The notes beneath the pieces are model-generated. The model worked only from the letters and a program-made list of their open reading frames with translations. It had not been told where the DNA came from and searched no databases. A stretch of DNA of 64,000 bases from Saccostrea echinata. Lineage: Eukaryota. The stretch is taken from contig NW_026889796.1 of assembly GCF_033153115.1 (NCBI RefSeq), positions 11,842,001 through 11,906,000 on the forward strand. The letters run 5' to 3'. Every line of letters starts with the position of its first letter. The first letter of the stretch is position 1. Made by a program: the position numbers and the translations under genes. Of this stretch, positions 1-13,321 are shown piece after piece.

Positions 1-138
1 CAAAATGAAATAATTTGGAAGATCTATAAGATAAGAAAGTAGTGAAAGGAATCAGGGGATCGCTAGTAAATAAAACGGGGATAATTCCAGAACTGTTCTA
101 ATTAAAATTTATTACCTTTTTGTGAAATCTGAAAACCA

Positions 139-220
139 CCGAATATTCGAATCTCAAATTCATAATCGAATATTAACTCATCGAATGAATATTCGAATGT
201 TCGAATATTCGTTGACATCC

Positions 221-223
<3 letters not shown>
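139..223 (-). mobile_element. Terminal fragment of a hAT-like non-autonomous DNA transposon
   Basis: The minus strand begins TAGGGATGTCAACGAATATTCGAA with repeated GAATATTCGAA subterminal motifs, a typical hAT-MITE end. The other end is not seen. Confidence 0.45.

Positions 224-310
<87 letters not shown>
224..310. repeat. (TA)n microsatellite
   Basis: Pure AT dinucleotide run of about 87 nt. It explains the YIYI ORFs. Confidence 0.99.
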
Positions 311-312
<2 letters not shown>

Positions 313-984
313 GAAACCATAATATATTATAGCTTGGTCCCAAAAGTAGTATGACTTACACAAAATAAGCGTAATGTCAGAATTACTAGTATCGTTCTTG
401 CTCAAGATAACATTGCAGACGAATAGTCGGCCTTTAAAAGGATAAGAAGACTGGAAAAAAGGAATCGAAGAAAACTTCAAATGCTCAATTTTTTTTTTCA
501 GAGACATTTATAATTGAATTTGAAAGCGGTGTTGAAAGTCTGCTTTTTTAAAGGTTTGGGTTAATTCTGTATTATAATTTTTTTTGTATGGAAGTTCGGG
601 AGTAATGAATATTTTTCAGCCAAAAAATTTCATCTTCCCCTCGGGAGAATCCGCCGAGAAATTCATTTTTTTTTACCTGAATAAATCTTCCTATCTCTCG
701 AACAACCATTCAAAAAATATATGAAATATACTTTTAAAATTTTTAATTTCTTCATCGTACAAATTTTATTTCTGTTGCTATATTATAATATGCAAAAAAC
801 AAATAAAGAAAAAATCATTTTTACATTTTTTGAAATATGAAATGAAAAAAAGGAAATTATTGTTATTTAAGGAAATGTTTTTGTACATATGTAGATACAT
901 TTTAAATCTTTTTGGAAAAAATACAAAATATTTGAGTTTTACTCGTTCATATAAAATTAATTTCATCCTAATCGTATTCTTTAC

Positions 985-2218
985 CTGAATTTACAGCATA
1001 TTGTAATCCCAAATATAAAACAAGCAATAAAACTTCCACCAATAGATAAAACGACTGTTCTCCAGTCAATGGCCACATGCCATAGTATGTAGTTGTCTGA
1101 ACAGAAAAACAAAAATAAGGAATAATTACTTAAGTATTAAATCTTTCGGGACTGTATTTTAAATTTTCCTTGGACTGTCAATAGCACAAATTCTGTAGAG
1201 AGTATGTTAACACTTAACTTAAGTTTTATTTGTGAAATACTTTCTTTTATTAAAACATCAATCACAAATTCATTTATTCCCTGGATTGTTGTATAAATAA
1301 AATTAAATCTACGTGCGTAAAGTGAACGAATTAAAGCTTATTTGATTTGTTTGCATTCGAAATAATAGATTCTACAAGTGTTTTGTAACCTAAAACGTAT
1401 TAAGGATAAATAACACAAACTTTTTTTTCAGAAATCTGCAATATTTCTCATAGATTTATATTCCAAAAAGTAACCTGAATAATGTTTTCCAGGTAAAGCT
1501 GGGGAACTTTGTAAGATTTTGTCACAATGTTAAAAATATTTGCAAAATTTTGTATAGAATTATATAGAAAACAAAATAAAGTCGCACATATTAAAGCACC
1601 AAAGAAAACTTACGATTCTTTATATTTTAGCGATTTGATATTTATGTCATTTCTATTCAAAATCAGTCAAAAAAATATATCAATCCAGACATCAAATTTT
1701 TGTTTGTATTATGTATCCTTAAAGGAGAAAAAAGAATACTTGTCATTTTGCAGCCAAATTCTTTGTCACATGGATAACATTTGCATTTCTCTCTGCAAAA
1801 GTGACCATAGTATCCAGTAGGGCATGATTCGTTACAGGAATTACCAAACGTGCCTGGTGGACATGCTTTTAAAAGTAACAATATGAAATAAAATAGTGGA
1901 ACGTTTTTATGTAGACAGTATTAAACAAATAATAAGAATTCAAAGGTACTTACCTATGCATGAACTGCCATTTTTGAAGTAATTTTGACAGCATGTGACA
2001 TCTCTATCGTCACAAGGAAAAGATAAAGTAGTTTGAATTATAATTCAAGTAAAACTTATAAAGATTAAAGCAACCATAGAATGAATGAACATTTTAACTT
2101 TAATAAGTACGTACCCAAATGTAATATTCTTGCAGATTCCTGGGTTGATTTCAGCAAATAGCTCATTGTGTGAGACAAAAATAAAAATCGCCATCAAAAG
2201 TACACGAATACATTCCAT
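985..2218 (-). CDS. EGF-like small type-I membrane protein, copy A (MEGF10/SCARF/CED-1-like family); 3' exons not resolved
   Basis: Four GT-AG exons in matching phase. 2218-2115: MECIRVLLMAIFIFVSHNELFAEINPGICKNITFG (signal peptide). 2003-1954: DVTCCQNYFKNGSSCI. 1865-1740: CPPGTFGNSCNESCPTGYYGHFCREKCKCYPCDKEFGCKMT (EGF-like). 1096-985: NYILWHVAIDWRTVVLSIGGSFIACFIFGITICCKF (transmembrane). No stop codons. Confidence 0.85.
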
Positions 2219-2330
2219 TTTGTATTACAGACAATGATAAAAGATTTTTTCTCACATTTTCTCTAGTATCAACTGTAAAACTAATTTTTCCATAAAGGAA
2301 GTATAAGATAAAATATTCCATGTAAACAAA

Positions 2331-3299
2331 GAATGGGTGGTCTTAACTGGCCAGAAAAAATGCCGTAAATTAAAGTTTAGTAAAATGTTTATTTCTCTCC
2401 GTCACATAAATCCCCGATATCTTAACCGTGTATTCATGGTACAGATGTGAATTTAAAACGCTCTTTTCAAGGTAAACTAAATAAATATCGAAGGCATTTC
2501 TTGAATATCAATAGATAATCAGGGTCACGCGTTTTTCATCGTCTGAATACATAGTCAGCGCATGTTTGTCGGCTGTTCCTAAGAAAACTGTAGTTGTATA
2601 TTAAACAAAATAATGTCATATTAAAAGGAGAAGGGCCGACAAACGTGCGCTCACACTTAATTTAACAAAAAACATGTTCAAAACAAACTTCTCGTTTCCA
2701 TTGTTATGACTGAGTTTACCTTGATTTGACTTCGATTGACCTGTTAAATATTACAATTCATCACGTGATGTCCACCTGCGAGTGTACTCGTGAAAACAGT
2801 TACATTGTATTCTTCAACCTGACCTCGTTCTAAATCACGTCTTTGAGCGTGTTTCGTTGCCGTTTTCAGAATTTAGCAAATTAAATGTTGTTTTAATTTT
2901 GCGTTCCCACACAATTTTTTTTTTAAATTTCATATTGACATCGCTGTAATATGCCATACACATATTCGATTTTCTAGAGATAGAGAGAGGGAGGGAGAGA
3001 GAGAGAGAGGTGTCAACAATAACGCCAATCGATAGCCCCGCCTCCTATTAATATTGATTACGTGACCTAAAATTCACTCCGGGTACATGCCAAATTCCGG
3101 AAGACGACACTAATGTATCGTTGCTTCAATTTTGATTCATGGCAACAGGGCATTGCTTTTGTGCAAATGTTCTACCTAATATAACCATGTATACGTAACT
3201 CTTTCTATTGCTTGTAATATATTTTGGATTCACTTCATTTACAGCATGGTAGAGTAGTCGCAAAAAAGATCCAAAACAGGGCGTTAATTCCAACCATTC
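2331..3299. mobile_element. Spy-like non-autonomous TIR element without target-site duplication
   Basis: Imperfect TIRs GAATGGGTGGTCTTAAC / GTTAATTCCAACCATTC. The paralogous empty site in copy B (4561-4577, AACAAATTTGCAATTCC) shows precise insertion into AAA^TTT with no duplication. Confidence 0.7.
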
Positions 3300-3504
3300 T
3301 TTGCAATTCCAGAGGCAAATACGGAGAGGAAGTACATAACAGTAACATGCGGAACACATATTTGACATCGATTGCACATCTGTATATACTAATGATGAAA
3401 CCAATCCTTCCAAAGTCCGAAAGGCAAATTATGAAATAATTATTTCATTTATGAATTTTAAAAAAAAAATGCTTTAATATTTCAGTGTACAATAAAAAAT
3501 CTAT

Positions 3505-3544
<40 letters not shown>

Positions 3545-3765
3545 GTAATTCTGACGCTGATAAACACGGCAAATTTCATTACGGACCGATTTTAATCTCA
3601 GTATTCCGGAAATGCGCGTTTCAAATCTGGACAAATTTATATATCTTTTTACTTCGAACATCATTATATATGAAAATTACTTCATTGATACGGTCGGTGA
3701 TTTTAAAGGTCAATTGAATTCGAACAAATAAACAATCGTAAATTGCTCTAAAAGCGATGAGACAA

Positions 3766-3805
<40 letters not shown>

Positions 3806-3969
3806 CCAAACGAATTGAACGATATGCTATAAAGTAAATCTTAATGTTAGAAAAAAGATAACTGATGATAAAATATTGTAATTAGTGAATGGACTTTTGT
3901 GCACTCATGAATTAAATATAATAATATTTCGTAACTTAAAACTAATTTAAAGGTTAAAAAAGAGAATAC

Positions 3970-4455
3970 TTTTAATTTTGCAGCCAATTTCTTTGTCACA
4001 TGGATTACATTTGCATTTCTCTCTGCAAAAGTGTCCATAGTATCCAGTGGGGCATGTCTCTCTACAGGAATTACCAAACTTGCCTGGTGGACATGCTTTT
4101 AAAAAAATAACAATATTTAATAAAGTAGTAGAACATTTGTTTTCGTTTAGACAGTATTAAACAAATAATAGAAATTCAATGGTACCTTACCTAAGCATGA
4201 ACTGCCATTTTTGAAGTAATTTTGACAGCATATGACAACTCTATCATCACAAGGAGAAGATAATGTAATTTGAGTTTTAATTCAAGTAAAACTTATAAAG
4301 ATTAAAGCAACCATAGAATGAATGAACATTTTAACTTTAATAAGTACGTACCCGAATGTATTATTCTTGCAGATTCCTGGATTGATTTCAGCAAATAGCT
4401 CATTGTGTGAGACAAAAATAAAAATCGCCATCAAAAGTACACGAATACATTCCAT
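3970..4455 (-). CDS. EGF-like cassette copy B (signal peptide + EGF-like domain; no own transmembrane exon found)
   Basis: Exons 4455-4352, 4240-4191 (VVICCQNYFKNGSSCL) and 4095-3970 (CPPGKFGNSCRETCPTGYYGHFCREKCKCNPCDKEIGCKIK). Exon lengths and phases match copy A; all splice sites and cysteines are intact. Confidence 0.75.
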
Positions 4456-5496
4456 TTTGTATTACAGACAATGATAAAAGATTTTTTCTCATATGTTCTC
4501 TATATCGACTGTAAAACTAATTTTTCCATAAAGGAAGTGTAAGCTAAAATATTCCATGTAAACAAATTTGCAATTCCAGAGGCAAATACGGAGAGGAAGT
4601 ACATAACAGTTACATGCGGAACACATATTTGACATCGATTGCACATTTGTATATACTAATAATGAAACCCATCCTTCCAAAGTCCGAAAGGCAAATTATG
4701 AAATAATTATTTCATTTATGAATTTAAAAAAAATGCTTGAATATTTCAATATGCAATAATTAATCTACCAACTGAGAGAGAGAGAGAGAGAGAGAGAGAT
4801 TGGTAATTCTGACGCTGATAATCACAGCAAATTTCATTACGAACCGATTTTAATCTCAGTATTCCGGAAATCCGCGTCTTAAAATTCGACAAATTAATAT
4901 TTCGTTTTACTCCGAACATCATTATATATGAAAATTACATCACTGATACGGTCGGATCAATTGAATTCGAACAAATGGACAATCATAAATTGCTCTAAAA
5001 GCAATGGGGGAAACAAAGGTTTTTTTCCCCCCTTTTTTTCAAATTACGATTTAAACGATATGCTATAAAGTAATCATTAATGTTAGAAAAAAGTTCACTG
5101 ATGATAAAATGTTGCATTTAGTGAATGGACTTTTGTGCACTTATGAATTAAAAATGATAATATTTCGTAACTTAAAACAAATTTAAAGGTTAAAAAGGGG
5201 AATACCTGTCATTTTGCAGCCAATTTCTTTGTCACATGGATAACATTTGCATTTCTCTTCGCAAAAGTATCCATGTTATCCAATAGGGCATGATTCGCTA
5301 CAGGAATTACCAAACTTGCCTGGTGGACATGCTTTTAAATATAACAATATTGAAAGTAGTGGAAGAATAGTGGAACATACTTTAATGTAGACAATATTAA
5401 ACAATTAATAGGAATTTAAAGGTACTTTACTTATGCATGAACTGCCATTTTTGAAGTAATTTTGACAGCTTGTGATATGTCTATCATTACAAGGAA

Positions 5497-6519
5497 AACA
5501 AGTTGTGTTTGTGAAACACTGATGCCCCCGTATGGCAACTTATAGCAAAGATTAAACTTTCTCAAATGCAAATCAAATATGTTGGTACCCAAAGTAAGGT
5601 CTTGTCTTGAGGAATATACCTGTGAAATATGAGAGCCCTAGCAGCAACCATTGAAAAGATATGGAAAAGGTTATAGTTTTTCAAAAGTAAGTCAAACATC
5701 AAGGTTAAGGTCAAATGGTAAAAAATAATGGTGCCTAAGGAAGAGCCTTCTCACAAGAAATATACTGGTGAAATATGAAAGCTGAAGCACCAATCTTTCA
5801 AAAGTTATTACCAAGGTTTAAATTTTCGAAAAGTACGTCAAACTCCAAGGTCAAGGTTAATGGATTACAATTGTTGGTATCCAAAGGAAGATCTTGTCAC
5901 AAGGAATACATCTTTGAAGTATGAAAGCCCTAGCACCAATTGTTCAAATGTTATGGCCAAGGATAAAGTTTTTCAAAAGTAGGTCAAACTCCAAGGTCAA
6001 AGTCAAAGGGTCAAAGTTGTTGGTATCCAAAGGAAGGTCTTGTCACAAGAATTACATATGTGAAGTATGAAAGCCTTAGCACCAACCGTTCAAAAGTTAT
6101 GGCGAATGTTATAGTTTTTTCAAAGTAGGTCAAACTCCAAGGTCAAGGTCAAAGGGTCAAAGTTGTTGGTATCCATAGGAAGGTCTTGTCAAAAGGATTA
6201 CACATGTGAAGTATGAAAGCCCTAACTCTTACTGTTCAAAAGTTATGGCCAAGGTTAAAGTTGGGTAAAATTTTGTAAAACTAGGTCAAACTCCAAGGTC
6301 AATGTCAAAAGGTGAAATATGGTGGTATTCAAAGAAAGGTCTTATGACAAGAAATACACATGTGAAATATGAAAGCCATAGCTCCAACCAATCAAAAGTT
6401 AAGGGCAATGTTAAAGTTTTTGCGGACAAACAGACAAACAGATAATAAAACAAAGAGACAGACGGACGGACAGGGCAAAAACTATATACCCCCGAATCTT
6501 CGATAAGGGGGCATAAAAA
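5497..6519 (+). mobile_element. Non-autonomous Helentron-associated element (HINE-type) with internal ~146-bp tandem repeats
   Basis: 5' AACAAG...ATGCCCCCG. Tandem units containing GTAGGTCAAACTCCAAGGTCAA at about 5831, 5977 and 6123. GACA/GACG microsatellite, 3' hairpin CCCCCG...GGGGG and A-rich end. Absent from the paralogous introns. Confidence 0.85.
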
Positions 6520-6538
6520 TTATGTAATTTGAATTGTA

Positions 6539-7269
6539 CACATGTGAGTTAAGGCTAGGTATAGGCGTTTCTATGCAAATGAGCTTATAAAAACGCATAA
6601 GAGGTATATTCATTATTCAGAGAAAGTTTTGATTTATTTTCTTATGCATACTTAGTAACCACGATATGTTATAGACAGTACACATTATGACGTCATATTA
6701 TGACGTCACTGATCTTACCTACTGGAGGTTATAAAAAACATCAACAAAACAGCTTCGGCGCAAGGGATAACCCTATTTATTTTTACATAAAAATTGTATA
6801 ATGCTAAGAAAAACATACTATAGATTAATAAAACTGCTGCACAAATCCTAGGCATTCTCTCATTTGATCGGAATTTGAGGAAACTTATACCGGACTGTAC
6901 ATTTTTACCGTTATTCAACTTAAAACTTTACTAAAAGAAATTATACAACTGAGATGTTGATATTTGTGCAGCAATACCAGCATACTTTGAAATATTTTGC
7001 TTCTAAATATACCTTGTTTCAGTTGAATTAAATAGAACATGCCCTTGCGCCGAAGCATTTTTGTTGATGTCCATTATAATCTTGTGTAGTAAAGAACAAT
7101 GTCGTCATAATATGACGTCATAATGTGTACTGGCTATCTCATGTCATGGGTACCAAGTTTGTATTTGACAATAAGTTTGAACTTTCTCTGTATAGTAGAT
7201 AAAGTCCTTAAGCATTTTAATTAGTTTATTTGCATAGAAATGCCTATACCTAGCTTTAACTCAACTGTG
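6539..7269. mobile_element. Foldback-type MITE with TA target-site duplication (Tc1/mariner-like)
   Basis: Long inverted arms (CACATGTGAGTTAAGGCTAGGTATAGGC ... GCCTATACCTAGCTTTAACTCAACTGTG), with internal arms also complementary. TA on both sides; the empty site is present in the copy A intron. Confidence 0.85.
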
Positions 7270-7832
7270 TAATTGAAGTCAAACATATAAAGATAAAAGC
7301 AACTATAGAGTGAATGAACATTTAAACGAAAATAAGTTCGTACCCAAATGTATTATTCTTGTAGATTCCTGGGTTGATTTCAGCAAATAGCTCATTGTTG
7401 ACGCAAAAATAATTTTCGCCATCAAAAGTGCACGAATATGTTCCATTTTATGTTACAAACAATGATAAAAGATTTTTTCTCAAATTTTCTGCAGTATCGA
7501 CTGTAAAACTAGGTTTTCAATAAAGGAAGTGTAAGCTAAAATATTCCATGTAAACAAAATTGCAATTCCAGTGGCAAATACGGAGAGGAAGTACATAACA
7601 GTTACATGCGGAACACATATTTGAAATCAATTGCACATTTGTATATACTAATAATGAAACAAGTCCTTCCAAGGTCCGAAAGGCAAATTATGACATCATC
7701 AATTCATATATGAATTTAAAAAAAAAAATGCTTGAATATATCAATAGGCAATAAATTAATCTATCAATTAAGAGAGAGAGAGAGAGAGATTGGTAATTCT
7801 GACGCTGATAATCACGGCAAATTTCATTACGA

Positions 7833-7988
7833 NNNNNNNNNNNNNNNNNNNNNNNNNNNNNNNNNNNNNNNNNNNNNNNNNNNNNNNNNNNNNNNNNNNN
7901 NNNNNNNNNNNNNNNNNNNNNNNNNNNNNNNNNNNNNNNNNNNNNNNNNNNNNNNNNNNNNNNNNNNNNNNNNNNNNNNNNNNNNNNN
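7833..7988. other. Assembly gap (N run)
   Basis: 156 Ns inside the third duplication unit. Confidence 1.
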
Positions 7989-8343
7989 TATGGAAATTGC
8001 ATCATTGATACGGTCGGTGATTTTAAAAGTCAGTTGAATTCGAACAAATGGACAATCGTGAATTGCTCTAAAACAATGCGGCAGATTTTTTTCAAAATTC
8101 GATTTGAATGATATGCTATACAGTAATTATTCTTCATAGAAAAAAAGTTCACTGATGATAAAATGTTGCATTTAGTGATTGGACTTTTGTTCACTCATCA
8201 GTTAAATACGATTGTAAAGCATTCAATACTCATAAATTTTGATTACATTTTCCTAAAAATTTCATGGTATACTTAACTCAGATTGTATTGTCTTAAACTT
8301 TGTTTTGGTTAAACATAAAAAAAGAGATAAAATAATTACTTAC

Positions 8344-8888
8344 ATGTATCATTAGGTATCGGCTGACAGGTGACAGTCTCTGACTTTGTCACTTGGATAA
8401 CATTAGCATATTTTCTTGCAAAGGAAGACATATTAACCAAAAGGGCATATGTTGTTGCAGTCGGTACCAAATGTTTTCCGTTGAGGAGTACGATATATTG
8501 TGAATTTGCGTGTCATGAATTATTGTGTTTTATAAACTTAAATAAAACCATATTATTTGAAAGTACCTTCCCTTTGCATATTTTGCTATTATTGTAATTT
8601 TTGTGACAGCATGTGGTATGTCTATAATGACAGAGAGAAGAAAATGGATTTTAAATCAAGCACATTTCAAATAGATATAAATATTCGAAATGAAAGCAAC
8701 CACACTGGAATTTTTTTAATCTTAATAAAAAATCATAGTTCCGAACCTAATGTTTTATCCGAGCAAATTTGTGTTCTTTTTCCCACCAATATTTAATACA
8801 CCATTGTGACAATGTCATTGGTTTCAAAATGACCCCAAATTATTTTTATTATCAAAGGCACACAGAATATACAGTAAGTATATTCCAT
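8344..8888 (-). pseudogene. EGF-like cassette copy D, degenerate
   Basis: Recognisable remnants of three exons: MEYTYCIFCVPLIIKIIWG..., HTTCCHKNYNNSKIC and FGTDCNNICPFG*YVFLCKKIC*CYPSDK. Multiple stops. Confidence 0.7.
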
Positions 8889-9963
8889 TGAGTTGAAATA
8901 TAATTTTCTTCAGTATTAATTGTGAGACTATTTTATCGGTAAAGAAAGTGAAGCATGCAATTAAGTATTTGCATACAGTATTTTGAATTGTTCTTCCTTT
9001 TGAATAAGGAAGATAATGAAATACGTAACAGATACAAACTGAATACATTTTTAATAGCAATTTTGTATGCATGCAAATTTAATCTCATTCCAAAAATAAA
9101 AGGCAAATTCATCCTTTCTCTACCAGCAGTTTTGGGTGATTTTTCAGGATGAAATATTTGCAACAGCTGTTATGGATGTGAACTAAAAATAAAGAGTACC
9201 GAACAAGGTATAGTGGACATCATTTTAAGGGAAGGACATTTTTTTATCATGTTCACAATTTCCTTTAACTTTAAAACGACTTTGCAATCTTGTTTGTTTA
9301 AATAAATAAAAAAAAATGTAGCTAAAAATATGAGATCAAAACATCAAGAAAAATTGATAAGTATCAAGGTTGAGAAGGGTTTAAGGCATAATTGTTTGAT
9401 GAATATAATTCATTATCTTGCAAGCTTTCATCAAAATTTGTATTTGATACTTTTTAGTGAGAGCAATTCAACTGTGTGGTTATGGTTTGATCCTCTTTTT
9501 TTCCTTTAACATTGAACATTATTATTCAAGATATTTTTTATTAAACGTTACACAGAAATTTTGGAAAAAAGCAATTCAACTGAATCATAATTTTCTTGAC
9601 TTTCCCTTTGACCCTATATCTCATTTTTAAAATAAAGATACTTTTATCGAAGGTCACATAGAAGCAATTCCACTATGTTTTCATTTTTTTAAACTTCATC
9701 TCTGAAACTACCTTAAATTTCCATATGGTCTAAAACTTCATTTTTATTTTTAGATTTTATTTTTTTTTTTTTACATAAAACCTCATACATGTATAGGCAA
9801 GCAAATTTTTACAACAATCTTCTCTGTCATACGTATTTTTTTTTTAAAACCCTGTGATCTTCAACTTCATTTTTGCCTTATTTGCTCCTCATTTATCTTA
9901 CTGAGTACTTCATGCAATCCATTCAGTGTGTGAATCTCTTGCATAGAATTCAAACGTACCTAC

Positions 9964-10092
9964 CCAAGAGATTCTTTGCAAATTTGCAATATATACAAAG
10001 AAGGAACCAGACACAATTAATCCTCACTATTTGTACTGAATGTAACACTTTTCAGTGTTCTTGTGATGGTCATGCTTTGAATTTTAATGGGT
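9964..10092 (-). pseudogene. Degenerate transmembrane-type exon of the EGF-receptor family
   Basis: Acceptor TTTTGCAG and donor GTAGGT. The phase-1 translation PLKFKA*PSQEH*KVLHSVQIVRINCVWFLLCIYCKF resembles the copy A transmembrane exon (DWRTVV...TICCKF) but has two TGA stops. Confidence 0.45.
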
Positions 10093-11699
10093 CTGCAAAA
10101 TTCGAATAATCCTGAAAATTATAATTATCCTAAATAAGTAAAACCCAATCAAACACATATTCTCTAAAAGATAAGAGCTCAGTTATACACTATATTAACG
10201 ATTCCCCTGTGCCTAGCTCATTCAGATCTGTTTCACAAGTAAATAATCCAGTTCCTCAGACAAATGTTGATTATATTATTCAAACAAAATGAACACAAAA
10301 TGAACGAGGATTTTAGAACATCTTTTATGTCTTCAATTGTAAAGTTTCAAGGTATTTGCTTCATATTGGCAGTTTCCAGAGAATTTTGAGTATGACAGCG
10401 GTATACGCAGCACGCGAAAAATAGTGACGTTTGATGACGTTCGCGGCTAGGATAAGGCTGTCCGTAAAATATCAAAGTGTTCCAACTGTAGTAACTTCTC
10501 TGAACTACCTAAATATGACGTCATAATAGCATATGACGTCAAGTCACTGCATACTTGAGCTGACATGAAAGGGAAAGTTTCATAACTTTTATATTCCTTT
10601 CACATGACATGTAAAGATTTTTTAGCGTTGTTGTTTGATTCAAGTGTCTGAATTGTCCTTTAAGCTTAAGTGTGCTGTTAAGATGTTGAACATTTGCAAT
10701 TTAATATCGTTATTCCTTTAACTTGTCCGATATACATATATTCAAACAATAACAAAAAATTGACTGTGAAACGCTCCCCCTTACACGTCCGAGAATTTAT
10801 AAATCGTGTATATATTTGACTGGCACAAGTGATTAATAAGGATAAATTGAAGATATTCTTTGTGAATCTACTAGAGAAGTATGTCCTCTAACTTCATTTT
10901 GCTGGGGGATTGTATGTAATTTATCTTATTTTGTATTAATTGCGATTAAGAGTGGAAATTGCCCCCTTGTATACGGGTAAGTTGAATTTCTCGTTGAATA
11001 TTTTCTAAAGAAATAAAATTCAGACTTGCCCCCAGCACTTTACATGTACCAAAGATCACGATGAATTGACTTATGGGACAAATTTTTCTCAATAATATTG
11101 TTTTGCACTTGTGCCGATGCGATTTTTGTGCAACATTTAGGAATTTATAAGTGTCCGTCACGTGGTCAACGAAGTCATGTGACATCTCAGAAATGCATTA
11201 TTATAATACTTGTTTACACTCTCATCACAAGTTGACTGCAAATTCATACATAGATTACAAATTGAAATCAAAATCTAGCTCAAAATAAAAGGTATATTTC
11301 ATGCATATTAAACCTTCGGACAGCCTTAACATAGCTGCGTTACAACGTACCGGAGAGCAGTTCAATTAAATGTAGGTTAAGTAATAACGCCTTAAGAGAC
11401 TTTAAATTATAACATAAGATAACAAAATACAAAATAATTTCACTAATACTTAAGTATAAAAGTGGAATGGACATTTTTAAAGAGGAAGTTTATGATTGAG
11501 TCCATGGGTAGAACAACGCAGACAATCAGCTACTGACAATAACAAAAAACGCTATCACTTCAGATCGTCGAACAAAGACCCCCTGTTTATTTCAATGAGA
11601 GTGAGACTAACTTCCATAAATTAATAATAGAAGTCTTCAGAAGGTTTCGTGTGTTAGAGATTGGTTCCTCGTCTTTTTATGGATGAATAAGTTGGAACT

Positions 11700-13170
11700 C
11701 TAGTGTGTGCATCTGTAAAATTCCCGAAATTCAAGTGGATTTTTTAAAAACTTTTTAAAGATGAAAGTGACATTGCTTTAGACGCTTCGACGTTATCATT
11801 CCTGCTCCTTAAGATGACATCACACATAAAATCCCACCTGTTGTTTATTTAAGCATTTATTTATTTGAAATCTGCTACGTATATTGATGAGAAATGCACT
11901 AAAAAGTAGGGGAAATTTTAGAAAGAAGTGTTGGTTACTTTTTACTTTAGACAACTTGTTCATGATTTTACCGGACAACCCCCGCATACTTAGTGTAAAC
12001 AAGTCAGTAAGTGTTTACTTTATCAGACCTTTTCTTTTAAAACTTTCAGCTTATGTCAGATGCAAATCTTTTACACATCTTATAAATGATAGCATCATCA
12101 ATAGTACATTTTCCTCACGTTTAAAGGCAGAAAAAGCCAGTTTTCAAGAATAGCTACCATACAGATCCATGGAAATATAGACATATCCATTCTTCCAACA
12201 CTATCCAAATTAATAAAAAAAAAAACACATAGCTGAACATTTACAGCACTTTACCTCTAACGTTGATCTTCTTTTTAATCATAGCCTGTTTTTGAGAGTG
12301 TCATTGCTGTCAAACAGCACTAACAAAACTAACAGACAATTTGTTGAAAGTTGTGGAACTAGGGAATCTTGTAGGCATAATTTCAAATCCTAGATTTTTT
12401 GTAAAGAATTTGATATGGTTAATCATGATATCTTTATACATGTTTATAAACTTCAATCGAATTACTTTGACCAAATGGCTATCAAATGGTTTCATTCCTA
12501 TTTAAACCCTAGGTCTCAGTGTGTGAAAATACGTACATATTCCTCCGATTTTTGCCCGTACCAGATGGAGTACCTCAAGGATCTATCTTTGGTTCACATA
12601 TTCTCATTGTATATAAATTATCTTTCTTTACAATAATACAGATATTGATATGTTTGCCGATGATGCAACTCTACATACATATAAATGTGTACAACGTATT
12701 GAGAATGCTCTAAATCTTGATCTGTGCGAGATTGAAAATTGATGTTCCAAAAATCAAATGTTATTGAATGTTGGTAAGATAAAATGTATGTATTTATTCC
12801 TCGGAATTAAATGTTATAATAAACAGACACGTTCCTTTGAAATATTGAAACTAAAAAAAAATATGGAAGAATACATATTGATCATTTATTGCGCTATATT
12901 CACAGTGTGCAAAATTAAAAAAAAAAATCATACACATGAAAACTATTTTATAATGCGTACATTGTGCCTTCAATATCTTATTGTTTTACTATTTTGGGAA
13001 ATGCACCATGTGCTGGCATAGAAGAGTTCTAAAATTACAAAATGAACAGCCAGAATTATATAAGACGTGTCCTCTGATGCCCATCATTACTATTATTTGA
13101 AAAAGTTGGATGGCTGACCATATATGAGTTGATTGATTTCATAGATATGCTAACCATCAGAAAAAAATGT
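11700..13170 (+). mobile_element. Degraded CR1/L2-type LINE reverse-transcriptase remnant
   Basis: Motif remnants across frames: ISILPTLSK, CQTALTKLTD, EFDMVNHDI, GVPQGSIFG, MFADDATL. Confidence 0.8.
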
Positions 13171-13321
13171 ACCATCGGGCGTCCCAGGATTTGATCACGC
13201 GACAACTTAAGTTCATTTACCATTAAACTTTTCAACATCGTTGTTTATTTCTTAAATAAATCATAGAGCTTGACATTTGAGTTAAGAAATAAAGATGTTT
13301 CCTATTACAAAATACAATCCC

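Larger units (their letters stand above)
5206..7446 (-). pseudogene. EGF-like cassette copy C, pseudogene
   Basis: Exon 1 (7446-7344) has a 1-nt deletion. Exon 2 (5480-5431) has CC changed to SC. Exon 3 (5331-5206) has an in-frame TAA (CPIG*). Intron 1 is expanded by two TE insertions. Confidence 0.85.
3301..8200. repeat. Recent tandem segmental duplication of about 1.27-kb units (upstream region plus exons 1-3 of the EGF cassette)
   Basis: Units begin TTGCAATTCCAG(A/T)GGCAAATACGGAGAGGAAG at 3301, 4568 and 7560. Each includes a (GA)n tract (about 3507, 4774, 7772). Confidence 0.9.

Noticed and set aside
102-507. YIYI-rich ORFs and a possible exon at 360-450
   Set aside because: The ORFs are translations of the TA microsatellite. 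The 450-360 segment has good splice signals but hits a stop in the phase required after the transmembrane exon, so it is not called.
7688-8037. ORFs spanning the Ns
   Set aside because: Artefact of the assembly gap.
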